Below are positions 47,165 through 56,341 of a stretch of 64,000 bases of DNA, in pieces. The stretch lies in NCBI GenBank assembly GCA_028130375.1, contig GCA_028130375.1_3658.1; one strand, given 5' to 3'. Position 1 is the first letter of the stretch, and each line of letters opens with the position of its first letter. The notes beneath the pieces are model-generated. The model was not told the origin of the DNA. It saw nothing but the letters and a program-made list of their open reading frames with translations, and made no database searches. The stretch comes from a phage. A program made the position numbers and the translations under genes.

Positions 47165-47497
47165 ATGGTAACATTGGAAAGACGTAAAGCTATCGCCGCC
47201 ACACTGGCAGACATCTTTTGGGATTGCAACTTAAAAGATACCCGATATTGTGGCGCATCTGTAGATGTATTATTCCCACGGCCCACCATTGTTGCAATGG
47301 GCAACCTGCTCGATGTGGTATATGGAGCATGGGACAAGGAAGGTGGATTCTATATCTGGCAACCTGACTACGGGACCTGGAAAGAGGTTAGTGGTTCTGC
47401 GGACTTCACTCCTGCAGAGGCTAAAATGGATGGCTGGAAAATCTATGTCGGTAACGACATGGAACTGAAAGGCGAAATTGTTTACTGGTTACCTTAA
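47165..47497 (+). CDS. Hypothetical protein
   Basis: 110-aa ORF. Confidence 0.45.
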   Translation: MVTLERRKAIAATLADIFWDCNLKDTRYCGASVDVLFPRPTIVAMGNLLDVVYGAWDKEGGFYIWQPDYGTWKEVSGSADFTPAEAKMDGWKIYVGNDMELKGEIVYWLP

Positions 47498-47517
47498 GAA
47501 AGTGCAGGAGATAAAGT

Positions 47518-47763
47518 ATGAACAAAGGGTGGACATTTGTAGACGGCGTTAAAAACATGCCTCTAGGAAAGTATATTGTAGCCATGGCAGATGAGAATGG
47601 CAAGGTGGATTTCGGAGTTTGCGAGGTTGTTCTTGCAGGATCTGGTGACTATGCTCACAAAACTGGGATAATTAACGGTCATTTCTACTTTGATTACAAC
47701 CCTGTTGTGGCGTATATGGCTATGCCAGAGTTAGAGCTCTCAAAGGAGGGTGCAGATGTTTAA
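47518..47763 (+). CDS. Hypothetical protein
   Basis: 81 aa, RBS aggaga. Confidence 0.45.
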   Translation: MNKGWTFVDGVKNMPLGKYIVAMADENGKVDFGVCEVVLAGSGDYAHKTGIINGHFYFDYNPVVAYMAMPELELSKEGADV

Positions 47764-47953
47764 GCTTAAATCTGCATGGAACATCGCTGTGGGGGACGAG
47801 ATCCGTATCCCAGGTGGAAAGACCATTATGAAGATATCTCGTATCGAGTACGAAGGTGATCGTGTATTTCATATCTTTGCAGAGGATGGTCGAGAAATTT
47901 ATATACAGGCAGGCTCTCACATCTATATTCGTAAGAAAGGGGACGACAAATGA
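47750..47953 (+). CDS. Hypothetical small protein
   Basis: 67 aa, overlaps neighbours. Confidence 0.4.
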   Translation: MQMFKLKSAWNIAVGDEIRIPGGKTIMKISRIEYEGDRVFHIFAEDGREIYIQAGSHIYIRKKGDDK

Positions 47954-48279
47954 CAGAGATCATCATTTCAACTGCAGGGTATGTGTTCCTGACAATCATT
48001 GCACTGACCATTCTGGTTGTGGTATATGGAATTGTTATTCTCCCTATTCTTGAGACAATTAGTTTGTGTCGGTGTTGGAGAAAGGCTTACGGTCCACAGC
48101 CGTGGAAGGACTGGCCCCACCTTGTGCACATAGCGTTCTCTTATGCTTATGATCACGCCAGCAGTGCATGCATAACCGGGTATCACGCCCACAACTGGAG
48201 CTGGGAAGGGTTGAGGAAATGGAATGTTACAAAGACCATACCTCTCCGCATGTACAAACCTAAAAACAAAGACAGCTGA
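47950..48279 (+). CDS. Putative membrane protein
   Basis: 109 aa; N-terminal hydrophobic stretch YVFLTIIALTILVVVYGIVILPIL. Confidence 0.45.
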   Translation: MTEIIISTAGYVFLTIIALTILVVVYGIVILPILETISLCRCWRKAYGPQPWKDWPHLVHIAFSYAYDHASSACITGYHAHNWSWEGLRKWNVTKTIPLRMYKPKNKDS

Positions 48280-48589
48280 TACTTGAAAATTCCTGGCATA
48301 TCAAGTGTAAGGAGGATTTCTAAAATGGATTTCCTCCTTTTGATATTTCACCGGGTTAGATATTTTAAAATTCTTAGAAAATCAGAAAATGGATCGAAAA
48401 CTAAAATGGATTTTTCAGAGCAGGCGCGACAAACCGAATCACTCATCCTATCGTTTGCACCATATTCCAGTCCACCATTACAGATTTCCCGCACATGCTT
48501 ACATCCTTCTACTGGAACTTCCTCCACTTACCCTTGACCTTTTATGGTAATAATCTAACCACTATCTTGAGGTTGCGGTACAGCTTTCC

Positions 48590-48770
48590 GGGTACTCGAT
48601 CTGTTTTTCGTTTCAAAGATTGAATTTTCTTAAAATTTTTCTCGATAAATTTCTCAGTACTCGATCTGTTTTTCGTTTTCTGAATCGGATTTTCTGGAAA
48701 TCGTTCCGGAGCTCGACCTGAAATTTTTGGGAACGAAATCGATTTTTCGTTTTCAGAAATGGATTTTTAA
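48590..48770. repeat. AT-rich direct repeats (tactcgatctgtttttcgttt x2 plus degenerate copy)
   Basis: Exact 21-bp repeat at about 48591-48611 and 48655-48675; related cgatttttcgttttc near 48740; aaatggattt motif recurs 4 times in 48320-48760. Confidence 0.6.
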
Positions 48771-48881
48771 AATTTCTATATGGGAATATTTTATGGGATA
48801 CTGTTTTATAGGAAATTGTTACGGAGGGTAATTAGCACGCTAATTAAATTTATTAAATGCGAGGAGTTCTCATTTAGAATT

Positions 48882-48900
48882 TTGAATGATAATCATTCTC
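48882..48900. promoter_or_regulatory. Fur-box-like operator (15/19 match to GATAATGATAATCATTATC)
   Basis: ttgaatgataatcattctc. Confidence 0.45.
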
Positions 48901-49016
48901 GTTTGCAGAATAACGGGCACCCCCGGTGATTGTCTCCCGGCCCCTGTTGCCCCGGCTTGTTATTATAGTATCACACAGGACAAAGAAGGCAAGGATTTTT
49001 TGCATAAATTTTTAAA

Positions 49017-49035
49017 TGATAATGATAACCGTTCT
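49017..49035. promoter_or_regulatory. Fur-box-like operator (16/19 match)
   Basis: gataatgataaccgttctc; followed, like the first copy, by a GC-rich about 35-bp element. Confidence 0.45.
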
Positions 49036-49055
49036 CATTTTATGCAGCGCCCATC

Positions 49056-49090
49056 CCCGGTGGTTATCTCCCCCGTCACCGGTGCCTGCC
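49056..49090. repeat. GC-rich dispersed element (inverted copy at 58031-58066, partial copy at 48918-48945)
   Basis: ccggtggttatctcccccgtcaccggtgcctgccg versus reverse complement of 58031-58066 (about 31/35 identical). Confidence 0.55.
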
Positions 49091-49529
49091 GTCCTTTCGA
49101 TAGGTATATTGTGCCACCTGGCGGGGCCGCTGTCAACACCTTTCAAAAAAAATTATAACCAGGTGCGCCCACTGCCAGGACCTGGCGGGGCCAGTCTGGC
49201 AGGGGAGAGTGAAAGCTTGCAAACCTGGTAGGGCTATGCTATAGGGTAGGCAACAACTGGAGAGGAGGTACAAAAATGAAAGGTAATATGATCCCCTGGA
49301 AAATGTAGCGACTAATGACGCTGAGGCTATCGCCATGGTTGAAAAGGCTATGGCGGGAGCGTTGGAACATAAAGAAGAGTACGAAAAAATGGTGGTTAAC
49401 CTGGCGGGGGCGGCAGGTGGATTCTATCATAAAAATAATTTAAAATAGTCGTTGACAACAAGGTTAATCATGGTATTATTACCCTACAAGGTGAACAACA
49501 CCGCACTAACCAGTAAAGAGGATAAATTT

Positions 49530-49727
49530 ATGAACGCATACGGGATCAAAGTACGTCGCAACACTCGCCAGGTGGTCACCAATCAAGTGATTTGCCGGGT
49601 GGATGTAACCATCAACAACGGGCAAGGCCTTTATAAATTTCGTCGCGGTCATAGCTATACCCTGCAACAGCTTAATCGTTGCGCCCTGACAAAAGGTCAG
49701 ATCAACCACTGGTTTAATAAAAAATAA
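49530..49727 (+). CDS. Hypothetical small protein (first gene of small-gene cluster)
   Basis: ATG 49530 after aaagaggataaa; upstream TTGACA at 49463-49468. Confidence 0.35.
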   Translation: MNAYGIKVRRNTRQVVTNQVICRVDVTINNGQGLYKFRRGHSYTLQQLNRCALTKGQINHWFNKK

Positions 49728-49791
49728 GTATTGACATATAGTCCGACACCAAATACACTAAAAGCACAAAAGACACTAAGAGGATAAAATC

Positions 49792-50190
49792 ATGAAAACC
49801 ACTACCTTTAATTTTGATAATGCAGACTTTTCTTTTTCTGATGTCAAGAACTGCCGCCGTGATCGTGGATTTTACAAGGCTTATAATCTGGTGGGCCTGG
49901 ACGATGACAATAATTTGCACGAAGTAGCTGAGATCCGGTATTATGCCGCCGCCAGCGGGAACACTTACTACTGCGTTTTTTGGATACACGACAACAAGAA
50001 CAATAAGTACGGCTATACTGGCGGCAAGGCGAGCGGTCACGGTTATGATAAAGCTAACGCAGCACTTGAGAGCGCATTAAATGCTATGGGGATCACTGCC
50101 GACGGCTGGATCTACGAAGAAGAGTTTTTGTCGGCACTTGCTGACCACCTAGGCTATAAAAAGCACATTGTAACATGCGCCCACGAATAA
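49792..50190 (+). CDS. Hypothetical protein
   Basis: 132 aa; preceded by TTGACA..TACACT promoter and conserved UTR aagaggataaaatcATG. Confidence 0.5.
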   Translation: MKTTTFNFDNADFSFSDVKNCRRDRGFYKAYNLVGLDDDNNLHEVAEIRYYAAASGNTYYCVFWIHDNKNNKYGYTGGKASGHGYDKANAALESALNAMGITADGWIYEEEFLSALADHLGYKKHIVTCAHE

Positions 50191-50272
50191 AAATCATTGA
50201 CACGCTGCAAAATTTAAGTAAACTAGACACAAAAGGCGGGAATGTTTCCCGCCAGCACAAAGGAAAAAGATC

Positions 50273-50677
50273 ATGAATAAGAACGTACGCCGCATCATGA
50301 ACGAGTTGGCAAACGATGAAAAAATTATTGACATGCATTTGATCAACATTTGCCGCCGTTGTGTAACATATAACAACCGCGCCGCAAAAGCGCGTGAGAT
50401 GAACGCAAAAGGCACCTTAAAGCCATTCCAGGTGGTGGTAAAGGCCATTAAAGATGTAACTAATACGGCAAACCAGGTACAGGGGAACACCAACGAGAGT
50501 ACCAATATTGATCCAGCTTACATCATGAAACGGATCCGGACCTGCAAGAACAAAGAGCAAGTGTATAATGTCATAGACTGGTTGGATTCTATGGGCGATG
50601 TGGTTTACAATAGGTTTTCTGCAGCTATCGAGATCCAGCTTGACAGGTTGGACGGTAAAGTACTGAAAACTTACTAA
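50273..50677 (+). CDS. Hypothetical protein
   Basis: 134 aa; cassette TTGACA-16-TAAACT, hairpin ggcgggaatgtttcccgcc, SD, ATG. Confidence 0.5.
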   Translation: MNKNVRRIMNELANDEKIIDMHLINICRRCVTYNNRAAKAREMNAKGTLKPFQVVVKAIKDVTNTANQVQGNTNESTNIDPAYIMKRIRTCKNKEQVYNVIDWLDSMGDVVYNRFSAAIEIQLDRLDGKVLKTY

Positions 50678-50678
50678 G

Positions 50679-50725
50679 TTTATTTTTAGATGGCCTTGAC
50701 TTCAGGGCCATCAATAAAGTAAACT
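50679..50725 (+). repeat. Promoter-bearing stem-loop repeat, copy 1
   Basis: ttatttttagatggccttgacttcagggccatcaataaagtaaact; 7-bp stem gatggcc / ggccatc with TTGACT in the loop, TAAACT downstream. Confidence 0.65.
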
Positions 50726-50757
50726 AATCTCAACTAAGCGAAAAAGGGGGCTTTAAG

Positions 50758-50877
50758 ATGAGCACTACACGCCAATACACAAAGGTAACTATTATCGTTT
50801 GCGTTGTCGGTTACATCCTGGCGCAAATGTTAATGAGTAGCGCTAACAGTTTTGCAAAATTTTTCTTAAATTTTTAA
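50758..50877 (+). CDS. Tiny hydrophobic peptide (39 aa)
   Basis: Unlisted short ORF after the repeat; RBS aaaaaggggg; sequence MSTTRQYTKVTIIVCVVGYILAQMLMSSANSFAKFFLNF. Confidence 0.3.
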   Translation: MSTTRQYTKVTIIVCVVGYILAQMLMSSANSFAKFFLNF

Positions 50878-50956
50878 TTGACAAACTGACTTAGATCGAT
50901 ATACTTAAACACGTAAACGGGAAAACTTCCCAGAGCACACAAAAGGAGAAAACACC

Positions 50957-51298
50957 ATGACTACTATGACCGCCGCAGAAAAAGCTATGCAGATCGCCGC
51001 GCTGAAAAAACAGATCGCAGACCTTGAGAACAAGATCGATAACTTTGAAATCGACGAGGACAAGTACGACGAAAACTATGATGAATGGTTAGACGAGATC
51101 TACGGCGAAATTATGATCGGAAACATTTCTTTTCTTCCGTCGCGTATCCTCAAGGAGCTAGATCCTATCGCTTACCGCTGCGGATTTGGCGACTACATCG
51201 ACAGCCTGGATATTGAGGACGATGAAGAATACCAGGAACTACAGACAGAGTTAGAAGAAGCAAAAGAAGAGCTTGCGGAGCTGGAAGAAAACGAGTAA
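50957..51298 (+). CDS. Hypothetical acidic protein
   Basis: 113 aa, Asp/Glu-rich C-terminus; cassette TTGACA-16-TATACT + hairpin + aaaaggagaaaacaccATG. Confidence 0.5.
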   Translation: MTTMTAAEKAMQIAALKKQIADLENKIDNFEIDEDKYDENYDEWLDEIYGEIMIGNISFLPSRILKELDPIAYRCGFGDYIDSLDIEDDEEYQELQTELEEAKEELAELEENE

Positions 51299-51300
51299 GA

Positions 51301-51346
51301 TTATTTTTAGATGGCCTTGACTTCAGGGCCATCAATAAAGTAAACT
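51301..51346 (+). repeat. Promoter-bearing stem-loop repeat, copy 2
   Basis: Identical to copy 1 over about 46 bp, directly after the 51298 stop. Confidence 0.65.
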
Positions 51347-51387
51347 TTATACTGTTAACACTGAACTAATTCAGAGGAGTTAAAACC

Positions 51388-51633
51388 ATGGCAGCACTAA
51401 TCACCAAATATTATGCCCCTACCAACACCAAAAGCGCCCGTATCATGGTAAAAGGCTTCGGACGTAAAAAGGTTTACACCTGGGATTATGCCTTAGACAC
51501 GGAAGACAACTACACCAACGCGATGACCGATTTTATTAATGATCTGAACACGCGGATCTTGACAAATTATAAAATTACCGATATTGCCTATATAGGGGAA
51601 GGCGGGATCTGTTTTGTCGGTATCGTCAAATAA
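51388..51633 (+). CDS. Hypothetical protein
   Basis: 81 aa with RBS gaggag. Confidence 0.5.
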   Translation: MAALITKYYAPTNTKSARIMVKGFGRKKVYTWDYALDTEDNYTNAMTDFINDLNTRILTNYKITDIAYIGEGGICFVGIVK

Positions 51634-51709
51634 GCTGTTTTTTCGGTGGTCCTGGTAGCAGGGCCATCTATAAAGATAGTTTATCAACACAATGAAAGGA
51701 GAAAGTAAC

Positions 51710-52063
51710 ATGATCAGCGGGGCAAGTTTTATTATTGGCGCTATTGCTACGGCTTTAATTGTAAACAAGATCCAATCCAAAAACGAAAAAGAGAGCAACG
51801 CGCTTACAGAATACCCATTTTGGGTATTCAACGACAATGAAGACTACATTATCAAGTACAAGGATGAGAAAGGGGACCAGGTAACACCGAGACCGATCCC
51901 AGCTTACAAGATGCAAGAAACATTATACCGCTTAAAGGCTGGCGGCGCAAAAATCGTAGACTTTTGGGGATATGATTGCAAGGATCAGGAGACTATAAAA
52001 CGTCGTATCCGGGCGATTCAGGCAAATATTGAGATCAGTAAAGGGGGCGTTTATGAAAATTAA
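51710..52063 (+). CDS. Putative membrane protein
   Basis: ATG 51710 after aaaggagaaagtaac; N-terminal TM-like ISGASFIIGAIATALIV. Confidence 0.45.
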   Translation: MISGASFIIGAIATALIVNKIQSKNEKESNALTEYPFWVFNDNEDYIIKYKDEKGDQVTPRPIPAYKMQETLYRLKAGGAKIVDFWGYDCKDQETIKRRIRAIQANIEISKGGVYEN

Positions 52064-52250
52064 TTTCGAAAAAATTGTAAAGCGCCCCCACGATTCCGAA
52101 GAGCTGCCGGAACGCCGCCAGCGTAACAATAAACTGAATAAACCGAAAAGGTTCGGGAAGATCTGGAGAAATCACTATGATCGCAAATTACCGAGCCTGC
52201 TTTTGGAACGTGAACGACAGGCGGAACGATACCGCCACAAAGACAAATAG
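52053..52250 (+). CDS. Small highly basic protein
   Basis: About 65 aa rich in Arg/Lys (KRPHDSEELPERRQRNNKLNKPKRFGK); followed by a terminator hairpin at about 52268-52297. Confidence 0.4.
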   Translation: MKINFEKIVKRPHDSEELPERRQRNNKLNKPKRFGKIWRNHYDRKLPSLLLERERQAERYRHKDK

Positions 52251-52495
52251 CAACCAACGCCCCGCCATTGTGAGGGGCTTTTTATTTCTATCCCGCCGAT
52301 AGCGCCCCTGGTTGGCCCTACAAGCGCCATAAAGGCCCCTACCTATGCAATCCCCTTTCTTAACCTGAAAACAGCGTCTAGGGCCGTTTTATGGCGTTAA
52401 AAATATTATTGACAGTGATTCTATTTAAAGCTTGACACCTTGGGATAGTCCGGATATACTAACCACATCAAAGCAAGAAGGAAGGAGTAAACGCC

Positions 52496-52756
52496 ATGCG
52501 TAAATTAAAAAATTTTGATAAAGTCGATGTTGTCCTGAATAATTTTTACTACTGCAATAATAAAGCCGTTTGGTGGCGTGATAGTTCCACCGATAAAGTT
52601 AAAGCGCGCTTTCTCCAAGGGCACTGGCAAGGCCGTCCAGTGATTAAAATCCTGGGGCAATTGGTAGCGTTTAAAAATTGCCGCCGTGTTGATGACGTTG
52701 AAGAGATTCTAAACATTTTACGCCACAATAATTTAAAAAATAGTGTTGACAAGTAA
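52496..52756 (+). CDS. Hypothetical protein
   Basis: 86 aa; cassette TTGACA-17-TATACT upstream. Confidence 0.5.
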   Translation: MRKLKNFDKVDVVLNNFYYCNNKAVWWRDSSTDKVKARFLQGHWQGRPVIKILGQLVAFKNCRRVDDVEEILNILRHNNLKNSVDK

Positions 52757-52830
52757 GTCTCAATAAGTATACTTAAACACACAGGCGGGAAGTTTTCCCG
52801 CCACTAACAAAGAAAATAGGAGAAAATATC

Positions 52831-53454
52831 ATGACCACCGTTAACATTACTACAGGTTACAATTTATCTTTCGACGTGCTGACCGGCGAACAAAAAGAAA
52901 AAGCTGTTGAAATGGTCCGCGAAAGAGAAGAACACAGCGGGGATAACTTTTTTGCAGAAAGTGTAATTGAGTACTATAAAGAATATGTTTTTCCAGAGTA
53001 TGGCCTTGAAGATACCGAAATACATTGGTCCGGCTTTTGGTGTCAAGGCGACGGCGCATCAATTAGCGCTGAAAATGTAAACTTAGAAAAATTCTTGCGT
53101 AAGGTTAAAGCGCTTACAAAATTCCGCTTAATTAGACACTTGTTCGGCACAATGCATGATGGCGAACTGTCAGCCAGCGTTGAACGTATCCCGTTTAGCC
53201 ATTATCATCACGAAAACACAATAGGCGGGTGCATCGATACCAATTGGCTAGACCTGACCACCAAGCAAGAGGATAAAGTTGAAGAGCTGGAAGAGCTGAT
53301 CACCGAGACGGTACGGGAGTTATCCCGCAAGGTTTACGTAGACCTGGAGCAAGCCTATCTTGAACAATTCACCACCGAAAACCTGATCGGCCTTATCGAG
53401 GCCAATGATTGGCGGTTTGATGTGGATGAATATGGCGAGATGACTTTTTCATAA
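52831..53454 (+). CDS. Hypothetical protein
   Basis: 207 aa; cassette TTGACA-16-TATACT, hairpin ggcgggaagttttcccgcc, aaataggagaaaatatcATG. Confidence 0.55.
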   Translation: MTTVNITTGYNLSFDVLTGEQKEKAVEMVREREEHSGDNFFAESVIEYYKEYVFPEYGLEDTEIHWSGFWCQGDGASISAENVNLEKFLRKVKALTKFRLIRHLFGTMHDGELSASVERIPFSHYHHENTIGGCIDTNWLDLTTKQEDKVEELEELITETVRELSRKVYVDLEQAYLEQFTTENLIGLIEANDWRFDVDEYGEMTFS

Positions 53455-53542
53455 ATAAAGTGTTGCAATAACCTAAAAACCTGCTATATTAGAACTCAAG
53501 GGGCAAGAAGTTTGCCCCACACAAAACAAAGAGGAAAACATC

Positions 53543-53923
53543 ATGAAAAGCACCACTAAAGCCATTGACACCGTTATGTTTAACCTGGTTACCTTTCGCG
53601 AGGATATGAAAGATCTTCCACGTGAAACAGTGCGCGATCACATTGAAAACTATCGCAAACTAATCAAAGAGTTGCCTTTAAAACGTGACCAGTACGCGGC
53701 TAACGCTATGCTTAACGCTATGATCAAGAAAATGATCCAGTGTGATTTGACTTTAGCTTATGATTATGCAGGTGGTCGTTTTGCAGTATACAATCAGCCC
53801 GTGCCCGGTATGAGCACCACCGAAGAATTGCACGCGTTAAATCTGAAACAAGATGTATGGGATAACATGCCCCGCGTGGTGGTGTGGGCAGAAAGCGGAA
53901 AGATTTACGGCGATAATTTTTAA
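53543..53923 (+). CDS. Hypothetical protein
   Basis: 126 aa; upstream hairpin ggggcaagaagtttgcccc and aaagaggaaaacatcATG. Confidence 0.5.
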   Translation: MKSTTKAIDTVMFNLVTFREDMKDLPRETVRDHIENYRKLIKELPLKRDQYAANAMLNAMIKKMIQCDLTLAYDYAGGRFAVYNQPVPGMSTTEELHALNLKQDVWDNMPRVVVWAESGKIYGDNF

Positions 53924-53987
53924 TCAGGTAACAGGCGGCATATTTGCCGCCTTATTGTTAAACAGAACTGCAAAAGAGGTACATAGA

Positions 53988-54359
53988 ATGGAATTTATTA
54001 TTTTGGCTGTAGTAGTTGCCTTGTTCAACGCCTGGATAGCTGGCAAAATAGGTAGATCCGCTTTTCTATGGTTTGTTATATCTATTTTCCTGGGAGTGGT
54101 TGCAACCATTGTACTAGTTATCCTTGCAATTGTTGACAAGGATAATAATAAGAAGGGTAAAGTATTTTCCGACCTGTATGACGCCCAAACTTTTGTTAAC
54201 GCCTATTATAGTGATCTTCCGGTCTCCTTGCGCTGCAGCCTGGCGCAACAAGTTTTTGATGAGGCTAAAACCAGAGATCAAGCCCATGAGATATGTTTAA
54301 CTGAGGCGGATCGCCTATTTGAGAGGAATAGAAAATATGTGGGCCAACCGTTTAAATAA
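53988..54359 (+). CDS. Putative membrane protein (2 TM)
   Basis: ATG 53988 after aaagaggtacatagA; MEFIILAVVVALFNAWIAGKIG and FLWFVISIFLGVVATIVLVILAIV. Confidence 0.45.
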   Translation: MEFIILAVVVALFNAWIAGKIGRSAFLWFVISIFLGVVATIVLVILAIVDKDNNKKGKVFSDLYDAQTFVNAYYSDLPVSLRCSLAQQVFDEAKTRDQAHEICLTEADRLFERNRKYVGQPFK

Positions 54360-54582
54360 TGCCACGTTAATTAATCCCTTTAGTGAAGATTTGAAGCCAG
54401 CCGCCTGGCGTGACGGATTCAATAACGAACGCTTTATTTTCAGGCCTGATCTTGAGGAATTTTATAACAATGGATCGAACAACAGCGGAGATAATTTTTC
54501 TTGTGGTGTGTGTCGTGATGGTACTCCTGGGGGCCATTGTAAACCACGTCACTACTACCAGGAGGAAAGGGGGAGACGATGA
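54337..54582 (+). CDS. Hypothetical small protein
   Basis: ATG 54337 after gagaggaa; overlaps an alternative-frame ORF, so it is uncertain. Confidence 0.3.
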   Translation: MWANRLNNATLINPFSEDLKPAAWRDGFNNERFIFRPDLEEFYNNGSNNSGDNFSCGVCRDGTPGGHCKPRHYYQEERGRR

Positions 54583-54837
54583 CAACCAAGGATAAGCCAT
54601 GCACCGATAAGGTGCGCCGCGTTATGGTATGGCTTGAGATTATCGCCCTTGAAATATTGCTAGGAGTAGGGATGTACTTTATCGCTGTAAGTAACTAGGA
54701 ACGGCCCCCGATCATGGGGGCCTATCTTTTTAAAAAATTTTTCTTCCGTGGTGTTGCAATCCGGTCCGGAATGTGGATAATAACAATCAACGGGGAGCTA
54801 ATCCCCACCACCACAAAAACCAGAAAGGAGAAACAAA

Positions 54838-55038
54838 ATGAGCAACAATATCCGCGTTATTAACTTCAAAAAAGAAGAAAAAATTGCCGTGCTGATTGAC
54901 GGTCAAGAAATCTTCAAGGGCGACTATGAAGATCATCAAACGGCGATTAGTATCACTCGCGTGATTGGTTACCATAATTTTTACCCCCAAGGCGCTGAGG
55001 CAGCGGTTAAACGAATCAAAGAGATTGTAGGCCTGTAA
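54838..55038 (+). CDS. Hypothetical small protein
   Basis: 66 aa; promoter TTGCAA..GATAAT, hairpin ggggagctaatcccc, aaaggagaaacaaaATG. Confidence 0.5.
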   Translation: MSNNIRVINFKKEEKIAVLIDGQEIFKGDYEDHQTAISITRVIGYHNFYPQGAEAAVKRIKEIVGL

Positions 55039-55041
55039 AAT

Positions 55042-55085
55042 TTATTTTTAGATGGCCTTGACTCCAGGGCCATCAATAAAGTAAA
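55042..55085 (+). repeat. Promoter-bearing stem-loop repeat, copy 3
   Basis: Same element with one substitution in the loop (ttgactcc vs ttgacttc). Confidence 0.65.
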
Positions 55086-55131
55086 TTTAAACCCTGTTAA
55101 AATACCACACAGTTAACAAGGAGTGATAGAC

Positions 55132-55431
55132 ATGTTTATCCAGGCTAATAATCTTTATTTCTTTGATGGTCAGATCGTAGATGGTGTGGAAGTGGAGATC
55201 ACCGGGTGCCCTGGCGGTCAGGCTATGACTTTTCGGAATAATGCCTTTGATGATTCTCATATCGTTATGAGAATGGAAGTTACGAAGCTGGACGACAAGA
55301 AAACACTTATTGACTATTCTGTGAAAGATCATCCAGACTACCGCATGATCCATGGCGATTTGTGCATTGTTGACCGTGACAAGGTGGGCGGCATTGTGAT
55401 CGCTATTGTGAACGATGTTTTCTCAAACTAA
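55132..55431 (+). CDS. Hypothetical protein
   Basis: ATG 55132 after aaggag. Confidence 0.5.
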   Translation: MFIQANNLYFFDGQIVDGVEVEITGCPGGQAMTFRNNAFDDSHIVMRMEVTKLDDKKTLIDYSVKDHPDYRMIHGDLCIVDRDKVGGIVIAIVNDVFSN

Positions 55432-55448
55432 TTTCAGCAGGCGATTTT

Positions 55449-55799
55449 ATGAAAGTCAAACTATATTACCTTAATGAGCTTAACCCCCTTGCCCAGGTCC
55501 GCGCCCTAGCTAATACCTTGATTTGTGAGAAATCTGTATATTGTGTTGAGCTTAACGCCATGCGTGAACGTCTCAAAGGTGGTTACTTTGACATCCATGC
55601 TGCAATCAACGGCCTGAATATAGAATTTATACGCTTACGTAACAGCCGCCGGAATCTGGCAAGAATGGAACAAGATCCGGCCCACCTTCGTAAGCTGGTT
55701 ATTGAAAATCATCTGATGTTTAATGCCGAGGGTGATTATTACCATTTTCACCGCAAACGCTGGTACCGTGGCGGCAATACAGGCAAGAATGCAAAATAA
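55449..55799 (+). CDS. Hypothetical protein
   Basis: 116 aa; followed by terminator hairpin aggctatgc-aat-cgcatagcct at about 55836-55866. Confidence 0.5.
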   Translation: MKVKLYYLNELNPLAQVRALANTLICEKSVYCVELNAMRERLKGGYFDIHAAINGLNIEFIRLRNSRRNLARMEQDPAHLRKLVIENHLMFNAEGDYYHFHRKRWYRGGNTGKNAK

Positions 55800-56001
55800 G
55801 GCCCCAGGCAGGGCCTACAGCGACCTAAACACTAGCAGGCTATGCAATCGCATAGCCTTTATTGTTTTGACGTTACAACGGCCCTAAGGTGCTTAAAAAA
55901 AAATTTTAAATAAAGGCTTGCATCAAGTCGAACAATATGGATAATAAGAGGTGTAGGGAGGTGATGCCTCCAATCATTAACAAAAACAGGAGTTAAAGAA
56001 T

Positions 56002-56286
56002 ATGGCTATTGTTACCGCTGGCGATGTAGTAAAAATGGAAGCGAAGTATTTAAAAGCTGGTATGCATATCATCCGCAATGATCTTGAACTGGTCCTCACT
56101 ATGGTTGATTATAACCCTGGTCAAGATTATCCAAGTGTTGACTACTTTTTTGAGTATGTCGATGAAGAGCTAAAAGAGGATGAGGCCTACTGCGGAGAAT
56201 TCTGCAACTACTTTTGCCCTGACGAGGTTGTAAAAGTTATCTACCAACCTGGCGTACCTTTCCCGCTACACGCTATCAATAAATAA
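56002..56286 (+). CDS. Hypothetical protein
   Basis: 94 aa; promoter TTGCAT-17-(G)ATAAT at about 55919-55950. Confidence 0.5.
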   Translation: MAIVTAGDVVKMEAKYLKAGMHIIRNDLELVLTMVDYNPGQDYPSVDYFFEYVDEELKEDEAYCGEFCNYFCPDEVVKVIYQPGVPFPLHAINK

Positions 56287-56341
56287 ACCCGGCGGGGCCG
56301 AAAAGGCCCCCAATTATGAAAATAAAGAGAGGTAAATCATC

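Noticed and set aside
48590-48770. Possible CRISPR array suggested by the short direct repeats
   Set aside because: Only two exact copies plus degenerate ones, irregular spacing, AT-rich, no uniform spacers and no cas genes anywhere in the window.
48283-49231. Listed ORFs 48283-48537, 48886-49158 and 49016-49231
   Set aside because: They run through direct repeats, Fur-like operators and GC-rich palindromes, have Pro/Ser/Cys-rich low-complexity translations and lack ribosome-binding sites; the region is more likely non-coding.
54410-54595. Alternative-frame 61-aa ORF overlapping 54337-54582
   Set aside because: No RBS before its start; the 54337 frame and the downstream 54579 micro-ORF both have better initiation context.
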